A program made the translations under genes and the position numbers. The notes below the pieces were generated by a model. The model was given only the letters and a program-made list of their open reading frames with translations. It was not told the origin of the DNA and did no database searches. From Eledone cirrhosa (Eukaryota), in assembly GCA_964016885.1 (NCBI GenBank), contig OZ024740.1, positions 146,258,001-146,322,000 of the forward strand: a stretch of 64,000 nucleotides of DNA, in the 5' to 3' direction. Below, piece after piece: positions 1 to 10,960 of this stretch. The first letter of the stretch is position 1; each line of letters opens with the position of its first letter.

Positions 1-79
1 TAGTTCCCTGAACTTCTTCCATCCCGTTCTTACCCTAGTTATTGTACTTTCTGAACACCCACCTCCGCTGCTAATTCGG

Positions 80-1141
80 TCACCTAGGTAGCAGAAGCTG
101 TCTACTGTTTCTACAGAGCCCTCCCAGAGATTGGTGGTACTTGTTTCCTGTGGCTGTTTGCTGCTTGCTGTCCCAGAGAATGGAGTTCCTACCTACACCT
201 TTCCTACATATTGAGCAAGGCCATTTCCCTGAGGGGATCTGGGTTCTGTTTTCTCGTCTACTTACAAGGACCTTAGTCTTTGTCATGTTGACTTTGAGAC
301 CCTTTCTTTCTAGTCCCTGCTTCCAAGTTTGGAATTTATTCTCTAGTTCTACCATAGATTCAGCTATAAGTGCGAGGTCATCAGCATACAGGAGTTCCCA
401 TGGGCATCCAGTCTTAAACTCCTCCGTTATTGCCTGCAGGACTATGATGAACAGGAGGGGGCTAAGAACAGAGCCCTGGTGGACCCCAACCTGTACGCTA
501 AATTCCTCACTATACTCATTGCTAATCCTAACTTTGCTGACTGCTCCCCTATACATGGCTTGTACCGCTTTCACAAGCCATTCATCTACTCCTAGTTTTC
601 TAAGAGCCCACCAGATTACAGCACGTGGAACTCTGTCAAATGCTTTCTCAAGGTCTACAAATGCCAGGTAGAGTGGCTTACTTTTAGCTAGGTACTTTTC
701 CTGTAACTGCCTCACAAGGAAGAGGGCATCAGTGGTGCCTCTTCCTGGTACAAACCCAAATTGCATCTCGTCTAGTTTCACCCGGTCCCTAATCAACTGT
801 ACTATAACTCTTTCTGTTACTTTCATGACCTGGTCCATCAGCTTTATACCTCTATTGTTTCCTCTATCTAGTGCATCACCCTTACCTTTGTAGCAGTTGA
901 CAATGATGCTACTGCACCAATCTTTTGGTATGACACCTTCTAGTATTACCTGGTTAACAATACGTGTGGTTATAGTGTGACCTACAGACCCAGATGCCTT
1001 CAGCATCTTGGCAGCTATACCCGATGGACCGGTTGCCTTCCCCATCTTCATATCTTTGATTGCCTTACTTACTACGTTGCTGCTGACTTGTACTGCTGGC
1101 CCCTCTATAGGGTCTACTTGGGGTAGGGTCTCTTCTTCCAT
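80..1141 (-). pseudogene. LINE reverse transcriptase domain (RTE-type)
   Basis: Motifs QFGFVPGRGTTDA, FVDLEKAFD, GVHQGSVLSPLLF, LYADDL; followed by the start of a Cys-rich motif KWPCSICRKGVG. Confidence 0.93.
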
Positions 1142-1598
1142 GCATTCTCCTCATTTAGTAATCTATCATAATGACTCTTCCATGCATCTTTCTTCTCAGC
1201 ACTTGTGAGGGCAAGCTCACCTTTATCATTCCGGATACACTTCTCTCCAATGACATCACAATTCACTCTGACACACTGCCTCGCAATCTTGAACACCTCC
1301 TGTTTCTAGTCCTCACGTTGCAAAACATGCTTGAATTTTCTATCCTCTGCTTCCCTCCTAGCTAAGTATACTTGTCGCCTAGCTTTCCTCTTGGTCTCTA
1401 TGTAATGTACCCCGCTCCCCCCGTTCTTCCATTCTTTCCATGCCTGTCTCTTGGCCTTAACTGCCTCATCTACCTTATTGTTCCACCACCAAGTCACTCT
1501 CCTCCTACCTGAGGTCTTACTCCAGCCACAGACCTCATCCGTCGCCTCTAGTAAGTTATTTTTTAAGAACTCCCAGTTCTCTTCTACATTGAATGTCT

Positions 1599-2531
1599 CT
1601 ATCTGTTCTTCTTTACTGCCGTAGGCGTTGAGTAAAAATCTTTAAATCTGTTACTGGTTGAGGGGTCTTTCAGCTTCCAGATCTTTCTTCTCCAGGTTGG
1701 CCTCTGTTTCCAGGTTCGTCTAGTTCTGACTGTGAGGTCGCTGACAACTAAGCTATGTTGGGATGTACATTCCTCACTAGGGAAGGCTTTTGTGTTTACG
1801 ACCGTCCATCTGTCACGTCCTCTGATGAGGATAAAATCTATCTGACTAGAGTGCTCCCCTGATCTATAGGTGATCAGGTGGTTGTCGGGTTTTTTAAAGT
1901 TTGTGTTACATATCGACATGTCATTGGCGTCGCAGAATTCTAGAAGTCTGAATCCTTCCTCATTTCTTGTGCCAACCCCATGGCCTCCATGTACTCTATT
2001 GAAGCCGTCGCAGTGTTTACCTACGTGCCCGTTAAAATCTCCTGCGATGATTAGGAAGTCATTGTCGTCTGTTAGAGCAGTAGTGTGCATTAGGGACTCG
2101 TAAAACCTATCCTTAAGTTCGTCTGGCAGTCCCGATTGGGGTGCGTAAGCTGATATTATTGTGGTAATTGTTTTATTCAGGACTAGCCTGAGTTTAATGA
2201 TTCTTGCATTTACCCTGTACACTGAGATTACTTTATCTACCCACTTGTCAGCTAGTAGTATACCTACACCACCCATCCCATCGTCATTTCCCACCCAGAA
2301 AAATTTGTAGCACCGACTTTTTCCAACAAGGACTCTAGCAGACTCTCCTCTCCATCTAGTCTCTTGCACACAGCATACATCAATTTTCTTTCGCTCTAGC
2401 ATTTCTACGATTTCTCCTGCTCTTCCTTTCATTGAGCCTACATTGATGGTACCAACTCGGAGTTTTGGGCATTTGTCGACACTCGTAGGGATTGGCGCTT
2501 CACATGAGTGCTTGGTAGCTCGTAGATTCAT
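1599..2531 (-). pseudogene. LINE APE-type endonuclease domain
   Basis: Motifs GTINVGS, VCCVQETRW, SAYAPQ, IAGDFNGHVG, SQIDFIL, SQHSLVV. Confidence 0.92.
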
Positions 2532-3874
2532 ATTTCATCTATTAATTCAGAGTTGCTAAAATTTATTCTCAGCTCATCCATCCATAACGGTAGGAAAATT
2601 GAGGGCTAGAAGAACAGTGGTGGTGGGATAATGGCAGGGTGTGTTGGGCTGGGACAGGGGAGGAGAGAGTTAGTTAGGTAGTAGTAGCAGAAGAGATGGC
2701 ATGCTGAGGTTTGATTGGTCGAATAGGCTATGGTGGTGGGAGGGAAATTGTGAGGTAGGGAGAGAGGGTCACCGTCAAGATGGATGACTGGAACGAAGCC
2801 AAATCAACTCTAGTGATTCATTTTAGCCTTTCAGAATAGAGTGTCTTATCTCTTCAATAGCTTCAAGATGAGTGAGGTGGAATGGGCGAAGAGGGAACGG
2901 GAGGTAATGGGTGGCTTAGAGATAGATAGAGAGAGGGTAGCCATCATAGAGAGAGAGATAGAGAGGGGGGGTAGCCGTCATAGAGAGAGAGGGTCGCCGC
3001 ATGGCAAGTAGCCGATAGAATACATCAACAATAATATTAATAATAATAGCCAGTCATGGCCTAAAGCCTTTGATGGAAAAAGAGACGAGTAAAAATAGAC
3101 AGAGTCAGTATGATAGAGTCAAAATGATAACAACTATAATCAATAGAAAACAAAGGAACTTCATTGGTCAGAGAGTTCACCATGTATTGACATGCTGGAA
3201 AGTTTCTCTCTAGGGTGCAGGTATAAGCAATATTTTTATAAGACAAGCAACTGCCCATGTAGCAAGTCTTCCCTCACCATATCACTGAATGTTGTCCAAA
3301 GAAAAGGTAAAGACTGACACTGTTTGGTACCAAAATTTCATTGTAGCCAGAACAAATACTGCAATTCATTATGACTCTACCAATTGTTTATGAATGTACA
3401 AAAAATGAAAAGTAGAATTGAGAAAACATTAACAATGATGAAATCGAACAATAAATGTAACAGTAAAATGTTCGTACTTCGCTTTTTTGGTAGCATTTGA
3501 TAAATGAAATAGAAACAAGTTTCTGACTCAATGGCAATCAGCTATATTTTACATGAATCCTTTTCATACTAAACCACCCAGAACTGTCTCTGGTTCTATG
3601 AAACAAAACCAACAATTTTAAAATTAAAACCTTCCAATATAATTTTACTTTTATTAGGTCATATTAAAAACACTATCTTAATAATAAAATAACTTTATTA
3701 AATCCCTCCAAATTCTTTAATAACTAATCCAAATAAAGGGGTACTGCATTAGAAATATGGTAATGAAAGGGTTACAGGTAGTAAACTTAGTAGCATTCAC
3801 ATATTTAATGCATTGAGCATTGAACAACCTTTTTCTATGTCTTCATTGATATGAAAACAAAGAGATATTATCAT

Positions 3875-4160
3875 CATAATTGTTGTTTTTATGTCCGTTT
3901 TTCCAAGCTTGCATGGGTTGGATGGGTCCTTTTCATCACAGCATCTCACCACTCATCGCATTTCTTCGTCATCTCCTCTGTGAGTCTCAGCGATTTGAGG
4001 TCGGCTCTCACCACCTCGGCCCAGGTCTTCCTTGGTCTACCTCTATGGAACCTTCCTTCCACTGGGATTTCCTGGCACTTCACCCAGAGATCATCATCCA
4101 TGTGCACCACATGCCTGTACCAACACAGTCTTTTCTCCTGCACACCACTTCTATGGATCC
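3875..4160 (-). mobile_element. RTE LINE 3' fragment
   Basis: QEKRLCWYRHVVHM...RGRPRKTWAEVVRADL, the typical RTE C-terminus, plus a tail resembling ggacataaaaacaac. Confidence 0.8.
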
Positions 4161-4592
4161 TTCCTGTGACTGGAAAAGGTTTATAGCACCACTGCTCTTC
4201 CCCTCAATTACCCCTGTGCATCTTCTACATACAAAGTCCTCCCTTTGTGCATATGTATATCAAATGATAAAATATAGCCGACATTGCCTATGATGTTCAA
4301 ATAATTTTTTAAATAATCAAGAATTTGGAGGGATTTAGTAATATAAGAAACTTTCTCACTATTGAGCTTATGTTTAGAACATTAATTAACAAAATGTTCT
4401 AACATAACATTATGATGAATGGTTTTAATATAAATAAGATCACTTTAAAACATTCACAGTTGTATCACAGAACTAGTGAAAGTTAAGTATCAAAATAATT
4501 TTTCTAACCATACTTAAAATATGGTAGGAAATATAATAAGATGAATAGGGATATTGTAAATCAAAATTTTAATCATCATAAAGTTTACTTAC

Positions 4593-4688
4593 TGGTGGAG
4601 TCTTTGTACTAAGGTCTCTGTTAAGTCTATCAGTAAATCCTTGCAAAAGTGTATTGCCTCCAACAGCAATTACACTGCTGTATAAACT
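4593..4688 (-). CDS. ACTL6A: ACTL6/BAF53 coding exon 12 (96 nt); remaining 3' exons presumably lie left of the window
   Basis: [32 protein letters not shown]; tttcag acceptor, gtaagt donor. Confidence 0.95.
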
Positions 4689-4744
4689 CTGAAAATAAAA
4701 GAAGTTTATTAAAATAAATGAAAAGAAGTAGATTATAATACATT

Positions 4745-5070
4745 ATTCATGGATGGATGGTCCCGTAACTCCTCATAGAGTCATAGGGGTGCCACATTGT
4801 CATACAGCATTTATTGGGCATTTTAAGCCTAATTGAGTCCATCCCTCTCCAGACCTGAGTATAACAGATTTCTTCCAGAGAAAGATAGAAAGTGAGAGAG
4901 AGGAAATGAGAAAGAGATATGGAGGAAGAATCGAACACAGTTCTAGACTGGTACTTTTTTTATCAACCTCCAAAGGATGAAAGCTAAAGTTGACCTTGGC
5001 AGAGAGCCGGAACAAATACCATAACGCATTCTATCCGACGTTCTAATGACTCTGCCGATTCGCCGCCTAT
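4745..5070 (-). mobile_element. tRNA-derived SINE, composite form
   Basis: Reverse complement of the ggcgaatcggcagagtcattagaacgtcggata...aactttagctttcatcctttggaggttgat family core. Related copies lie near 9500-9785, 12820-13155, 27710-28025, 30685-30970, 31520-31800, 61590-61880 and 62150-62450. Confidence 0.75.
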
Positions 5071-5252
5071 TTGTGCATGTGTACATTTATTTAAATTATC
5101 GAAATAGATATAAAAATTAATGAGTATCACCAGGGAATGTCATTTACGACTACATAAATATCTATTATCTGCAAACACAAAAAAAAAACAAATAAAGCAC
5201 AAATGTTTAAATATACAGACATGCACATTATAGTTATCATTATCATATTTAA

Positions 5253-5775
5253 CTCTGGCGGTGGATTGGCAGTATTGGTAGAGCATTAGACAGAGTTTGC
5301 AGCACAGAGTTACGGCCCTTCATGATCTGAGTTCAAATCCCGCCGAGGTTAATTTTGCCTTTCATCCTTACAGGGTCGATAAAATAAAGTACCAGTAACG
5401 TACTGGGGTTGATTTAATCGACTTTTCCCTCTCCCCAAATTAGTGGCCTTGTGCCTATATTAGAAATCATTATCATATTTACTACTATCACTATTATATT
5501 ATTAGTTGGGCGGTGGATTGGCAGAATCGGTAGAGCGTCGGACAACATGCTTTGCAGCACAGTTATGGCCCTTTACGGTTTGAATTCAAATCCCGCCAAG
5601 GTTAGCTTTGCCTTTCATCCTTTCAGGGTCCACCACTGTTTAACGTCCATTTTCCACACTTGCATGGGTTGGACAGGTCAATGAAATAAAGCACCAGTAA
5701 TGCAAAGGGGTCCACTTAATCAACTTTCCCCTCCTCCCCAAATTGCTGGCTTTGTGCCTATATTAGAAACAATTA
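5253..5775 (+). mobile_element. Two tandem tRNA-derived SINE copies (about 5253-5470 and 5506-5775)
   Basis: Both begin ggcggtggattggcag..ggtagagc (A-box-like), contain gttcaaatcccgcc (B-box-like) and tttgcctttcatcctt, and end gtgcctatattagaaa. Confidence 0.8.
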
Positions 5776-6399
5776 TTAATCAGGTAACTAATTCATTCTT
5801 CAGCTAGTTTAGTAACCAGATGGTTATTTAATTGTCAAAGTTCTTTCGTCACACATTGTGTGACCTCAATGCTTATTTTGACCTTCTGTGTCTCCATTTT
5901 GATTTTGTTCTAGTTACTCCATTGTGTATCTGTGATGTGTTTGTGGTATGTACATACACACGTACCCATACATTTACGTGTGTGTGTCTTTGTATACTGC
6001 TACTTATTGACAGTAAGTGTGTGCATTTCATACAGTATCAGCAGAAAATACAGAAAAATAGTTCCATAAGCTGAACAGATAACTGCATTGCTACCTACTT
6101 GGCCACCTTGTGGCAGGCTTTTTCAAGCACTAAAGTGATATTGTACATGTAGTGCCAGTTTGTACAACAGATTGGAGAACTGTTCCATGGTAAGATGCAT
6201 GTGAGATGATAACACAACACTATGGTATGTCTGTGTGTGTGAGTACACGTATATATATATGTGTGTGTGTGTGTATATATTCAAAATAGAGAGTGCACAG
6301 GGCAAAGACAATGGAAGAAACAATGGAAAGACGGATAGTCCCATCTCTTCAGTTAGCCTCTAGAAATCACTACGGTTTGGGTGCATTAATGTCGATACC

Positions 6400-6444
<45 letters not shown>
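6400..6444. repeat. (TA)n microsatellite
   Basis: About 22 uninterrupted TA units. Confidence 0.95.
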
Positions 6445-6445
<1 letters not shown>

Positions 6446-7084
6446 TAGCAGAGGTACCCGGCGTTGCTCGGATATTAAATAGCAGTTGTGTATACTATTT
6501 ATGTCAATACTTCAGTGCTGCTTCGAAAACTATACTTTTACAAAATCATCGGCTTTTTCCAAAAGGGGGTCCCTGCCCCCAGGGGTCCCCTACTCAATAT
6601 GTGCCAATTCTGAGAGTTCACATTCATCTGTAGGACAAAGTTTTGTGTCAAGTGTCAAGTTTTGTGAAAATCGGTTGCGAACTCCAGAAGTTATGACGTT
6701 TTGTTGCATTGCACTGCAGTGCTTCAGTCGACTCCAAGGAAGTGGTTAAAGGGGTTTAACTGCCGGGAGGCCCTATAATCAATATCTGGAAAAATGAAAG
6801 TGCCCATAACCATCCAAGTACCTATGTCTTAAGTTTGGTGAAAATACTGTAGAAATGCATAAGGTTTATGCGCACGCGTGCGTGGGTGGGTGTGTGTTTG
6901 TGGGTGTGTATGTATTTGTGTGTGCGTATGTATGTGTATGTCCATCGGGACACACGTATGTACTGGCCTAAATCTTCACTATTTACTTTTACTATTTTAA
7001 TAACCTCTGTCATTTTCGTTTTAAATTTTATTTACATCATTCTTAAACTCCGGGGCTGGAAATCATTATGTTATTTTAAATAGA
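6445..7084 (-). mobile_element. Non-autonomous Helitron-like element
   Basis: The minus strand ends in a GC-rich imperfect hairpin (ccgagcaacgccggg) followed by CTAG|T; internal repeated aagttt(t/g)gtgaaaat motifs and a (TG)-rich tract; 5' end approximate. Confidence 0.65.
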
Positions 7085-7587
7085 ATATTAGTCTAACGAC
7101 TCCATTTATACCATAAACTTGGTCTTGTCTTTGCATGAAATTGTTCTTCTCGCTCTACATAACGACGTATTATCCTCGCTTTTTTTCCGTTCATTGCCAG
7201 GGAACGTCTCCACAAACTAAAATATTGTCTTCCTGTTTTCCTTCGGTTGCAACGTTTCTCGAAATATTTACTTCTGCGTTCACAGATTACTTTCAGTTCA
7301 ATTTGAATGGGAAATTCCTGTTTCATCGATTTTCTCCGTAACCATAGACGCTTGTAGCTTGAAAGTTGACCCAACGCCTCCTCGGGTCATTCTGCATAAC
7401 TGTGTAAATTTTCGCTGCATTCCACCAAGCCGTTTCGACGTTTATCCGACTACACCTACATATACAACGTCCAACCACTTCCAATTTATATAGTAGATAT
7501 ATACAAGTATGCAGGCACATTTACATAGAGATGACAACCAAAAGCTACAACAAAATAAAATACAAGCAATATAACTGAGAAACTCAC

Positions 7588-7668
7588 CGGTCGTATATCA
7601 ATATCACACATTCCAACACTTGTTGTTACAACATGACCTACACTTAACATTGTGTTTCCTGGAACATC
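7588..7668 (-). CDS. ACTL6A: ACTL6/BAF53 coding exon 11 (81 nt)
   Basis: [27 protein letters not shown]; ttgcag acceptor, gtgagt donor. Confidence 0.96.
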
Positions 7669-8159
7669 CTGCAATATTGAAAACTAGATTAGAAAAATTC
7701 ATACTTAAAAATTAGATGCAGTTAAATAATTAGTCATGGGATACTCCATATATATTTAGAAAAATCAATTCCCTATAATATAATTTTTGGGTTTTTTTTT
7801 CGAAGGTTAACTCTTTCATGGTTTTCATTCAATTTGTGTGGCACCCATTTTTCAAGCTTCTTCAACTTTCCAATTCAGTTCAAATGTGCAGAAATTGTTC
7901 CAATGCTTATATCTAGCTCTCCTGCAAGCTCTTGAACATTTGTGTGAGGAGTTGCTTCCACCAGAGCCTTCAATTCATTGCCGTCAATGGCAGAATGACA
8001 TCTGTGACTTTCTTTATCTTCAAAAGTGAATACATCATGATGGAATTTTTAAACTAATGTTACACTGCACAAATGATAGGCAGTGTTTTTCATTAGAAAT
8101 ATTATAATGAAAGGGTTAATGAAGAATTTTTTATTTGAATCAAATATTGAAAATGTTAC

Positions 8160-8274
8160 CTTGATAATGCTTGGATCAAACAAGCCTTCGCTTACTTTAA
8201 ACCTCTTACAACCAAACTCTTGGTTGTAGCCTGTAGGAAATTCGTAGTGAAGTAATGGCATTGTATCCGTTTGG
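8160..8274 (-). CDS. ACTL6A: ACTL6/BAF53 coding exon 10 (115 nt)
   Basis: QTDTMPLLHYEFPTGYNQEFGCKRFKVSEGLFDPSIIK; atacag acceptor, gtaaca donor. Confidence 0.95.
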
Positions 8275-8409
8275 CTGTATAACAAATTGATATAGGAAAT
8301 ATCCAAATGAGTAGGAATACATATATAAGCATAATTAAAGAAATTTTAATAAATGTTATATTATACATACAGGAACAACTGTGAAGAATTAAAATAGTAA
8401 TTTGTCATT

Positions 8410-9235
8410 ATCTTTTCTCACTGAAACTGACAAATCATCTACATAGAGAATTTCCCATGGACAGCCAGTTTTAAACTCTTCTGTTATGGCCTGCAGAACT
8501 ATGATGAAAAGAAGTCAGCTAAGAACTAAAACTTGATGAACTACCTGTACCTTGAATTCCTCATTAAACTCATTTCCTTCTCACTTTACTAACAGTGCCT
8601 CTGTACATGGCTTGCATTGCTCTCACAGGCCATTCTTCTACACCTAATTTCCTTAAGGACCATCAGATAATAGAACGAGGTACTCTGTCAAAGGACTTTT
8701 CTAGATCAACAAAAGCTAAAAATAGTGGTTTATTTTTGGCTAGGAACTTCTCTTGTAGTTGCCTCACTAAGAAGAGGGCATCTGTAGTATTTTAACCAGG
8801 CATGAAACTAAACTGCATCTCGTCTAATTTGACTCTTTCCCTAATCAGTTGTGCTTTAACTCTTTCCATCCCTTTCATAACTTGGTCTATTAGTTTTATT
8901 CCTCTGTAGTTATTCCTTGCCCTTGTAGCAATTTATGATTGTACTGTTGCACCAGTCAATGGGTATGACACCGTCCTGTATTACCTGATTGACTCTTTCC
9001 CTAATTAGTTTCTAGTTCGACTTCTACTTCTTCCGATCCTTTTAGCATCTCAGCAACTATCTCTGATAGACCCACAGCATTACCATTCTTCATATCTGTG
9101 ATTGCTTCTTTGACCCTATAACTGTCTACTTCAATAGTTGATCCTTCTGTTGGGTAAGTTGGGGATAGTTTCCCTTCCTCCCATTCATTCTCTACATTCA
9201 TCAATCTTTCATAGTAACATTTCCAGGCCTCTTTC
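8410..9235 (-). mobile_element. Decayed RTE LINE reverse transcriptase fragment
   Basis: Nucleotide similarity to 400-1180 by eye (cagttttaaactcttctgttatggcctgcag; tctgtcaaaggacttttctagatcaacaaa). Confidence 0.85.
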
Positions 9236-9862
9236 TGTGTATGTATGTATATATATATATATATAATGAAAACATTCTTTTCGTGTAGTCTCTCCTCTCT
9301 CTCTATATATACTAATATTTAGTTCCATCCCTTTATGTCCTTAGTTCAAATGCCACTAAGTCAATTTTGCCATTCACCCTCCCTTCCAGGATTGATAAAA
9401 TAATTTCCAGATTGATTATTGTATCAACTGTAGCACCCACAAAGTGAGTGGTTAAGTACCAATGCTAGAGATCATTAATATTTGAATAGAAGAAATGAAA
9501 ATAATCTACTATAGATGTATATATGGACCCATAACTCCTGATGGAGTTGTAGAGGCATTGTAGTGACAAATGACATACATTGTGTCTTGGGGATGTTAAA
9601 CCTAGCAGATACCATCACCCTCCGAGTCTGAACACAGTTGATTTCTTCCTGAGAAGGACATAGAGTAATAGAGAGGAAGTAAGACAGAAATATAGAAGAA
9701 GAATTAACACTAGCACTTGATTGGTACTTTTCTTATTGACCTTGAAAGGGCAAAAGGCAAAGTTAATCTGGGTAGGATTTGAACCAATATCACTATAGAT
9801 GAAAAACAGTTAAAAGAGGGGAAAAAAACTATAAATTAAACAAAAAGCTAAGAATATTTTAC

Positions 9863-9924
9863 CTATCTTCATAAGGGCAATCAGACACTTGTAAAACAGT
9901 GGCAACAAAATCTTGAAGAACATC
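9863..9924 (-). CDS. ACTL6A: ACTL6/BAF53 coding exon 9 (62 nt)
   Basis: DVLQDFVATVLQVSDCPYED(S); ttctag acceptor, gtaaaa donor. Confidence 0.93.
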
Positions 9925-10174
9925 CTAGAAAGAAAGAAAAGCTATAAATTACCCAACCTAGTATGATATAAAAAGATCTTTAAATGTTCAACCTTTTGAT
10001 TAAACTTTGAGTATCATCATCATCATCACAGTTTCACGTCTATTTTTAATGTTTGCTTGTGTTAGATGGTTTGTTAAATTCTGTGGCTAGACAGGTCAGG
10101 TGATCGCGTCTTACTCATACATTCCATTCTGGCGTGGTTACTACAATTGAATGTCCTTCCTAATCCCAACTACT

Positions 10175-10830
10175 TCACTGTGTGTATTGGGAGAATGTTA
10201 TTGTAGCACAAGCACTACTTACTACCTTAGAGGATGTACTGGGTACTCATTATCATGGCACCAGCACCACCACCTTACAGGGTGGATGGGGTATTCTTTA
10301 TCATGACAAGAACACAACTCTCTTACAGGGTGGACAAGGTGCTCCTTATCATGGCACTAGCACTACCACCTTACAGGGTGGACTGGGTGCTCCTTATCAT
10401 GGCAGTAACACTACCACTGTACAAAGTGGACTGGGTGCTACTTATCATGACCCCAATACTACTGCTTTATAGGATGGATTGGGTGTTCCTTATCATGGTA
10501 CCATAACTACCATCTTACAGAGTAGATTTCGTGCTTCTTTTCATGGCACCAACATTACTGCTTCATAGGGTGGATGGGTGTTCCTTATTGTGGAACCAGA
10601 ATTACCACCTTGCAGGGTGGATTGGGTGCATTTTGTTGGCCCCAGTACTACCACCTTACAGAGTGGACTGGGTGCTCATTATCATGGCACCAACACTAGC
10701 ATCTTACAGGGTCGACCGAGTGATCCTTATTGTGATGCCAATATTACTACTTTACAGGGTGGACTTGGTGTTCCTTATTGTAGCACTACCGCCTTACAGG
10801 ATGGACTGGGTTTCTTTATAAGAGAACCAG
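10175..10830 (+). repeat. Degenerate ~48-bp minisatellite (about 13 copies) expanded inside a SINE-like element
   Basis: Unit approximately cactaccaccttacagggtggactgggtgctccttatcatggcaccaa; 16-aa periodicity in the overlapping ORFs. Confidence 0.85.
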
Positions 10831-10873
10831 TACTATTTATATAAAAATTTGGTGAAATACAAAAGATATTTAC

Positions 10874-10960
10874 CTTGACCATGTAGTTATGGAATGATTT
10901 AGTAACTTCAGGAACTTCTCTTTTTATATATTTCGGTGATTCATTCTCCTGTACAACTTC
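10874..10960 (-). CDS. ACTL6A: ACTL6/BAF53 coding exon 8 (87 nt)
   Basis: EVVQENESPKYIKREVPEVTKSFHNYMVK; tttcag acceptor, gtaaat donor. Confidence 0.93.

Larger units (their letters stand above)
1..2900 (-). mobile_element. RTE-clade non-LTR retrotransposon with its 5' end retained, disrupted by frameshifts, running off the left edge; intronic to ACTL6
   Basis: Collinear ORF pieces 1599-2531 (AP endonuclease), 1306-1497, 1114-1296 and 80-1141 (reverse transcriptase); 5' boundary approximate. Confidence 0.92.

Noticed and set aside
141-671. 176-aa plus-strand ORF
   Set aside because: It is an antisense shadow of the RTE reverse transcriptase frame.
6325-6360. CTGAAGA plus hairpin on the minus strand
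   Set aside because: There is no GAAA after the hairpin, so the hammerhead core is incomplete.
10182-10844. Repetitive ORFs (TTLQGGLGAPYHG) or a CRISPR-like array
   Set aside because: The frames stay open because the 48-bp unit is a multiple of three. The whole unit is repeated with no spacers and lies in an ACTL6 intron.
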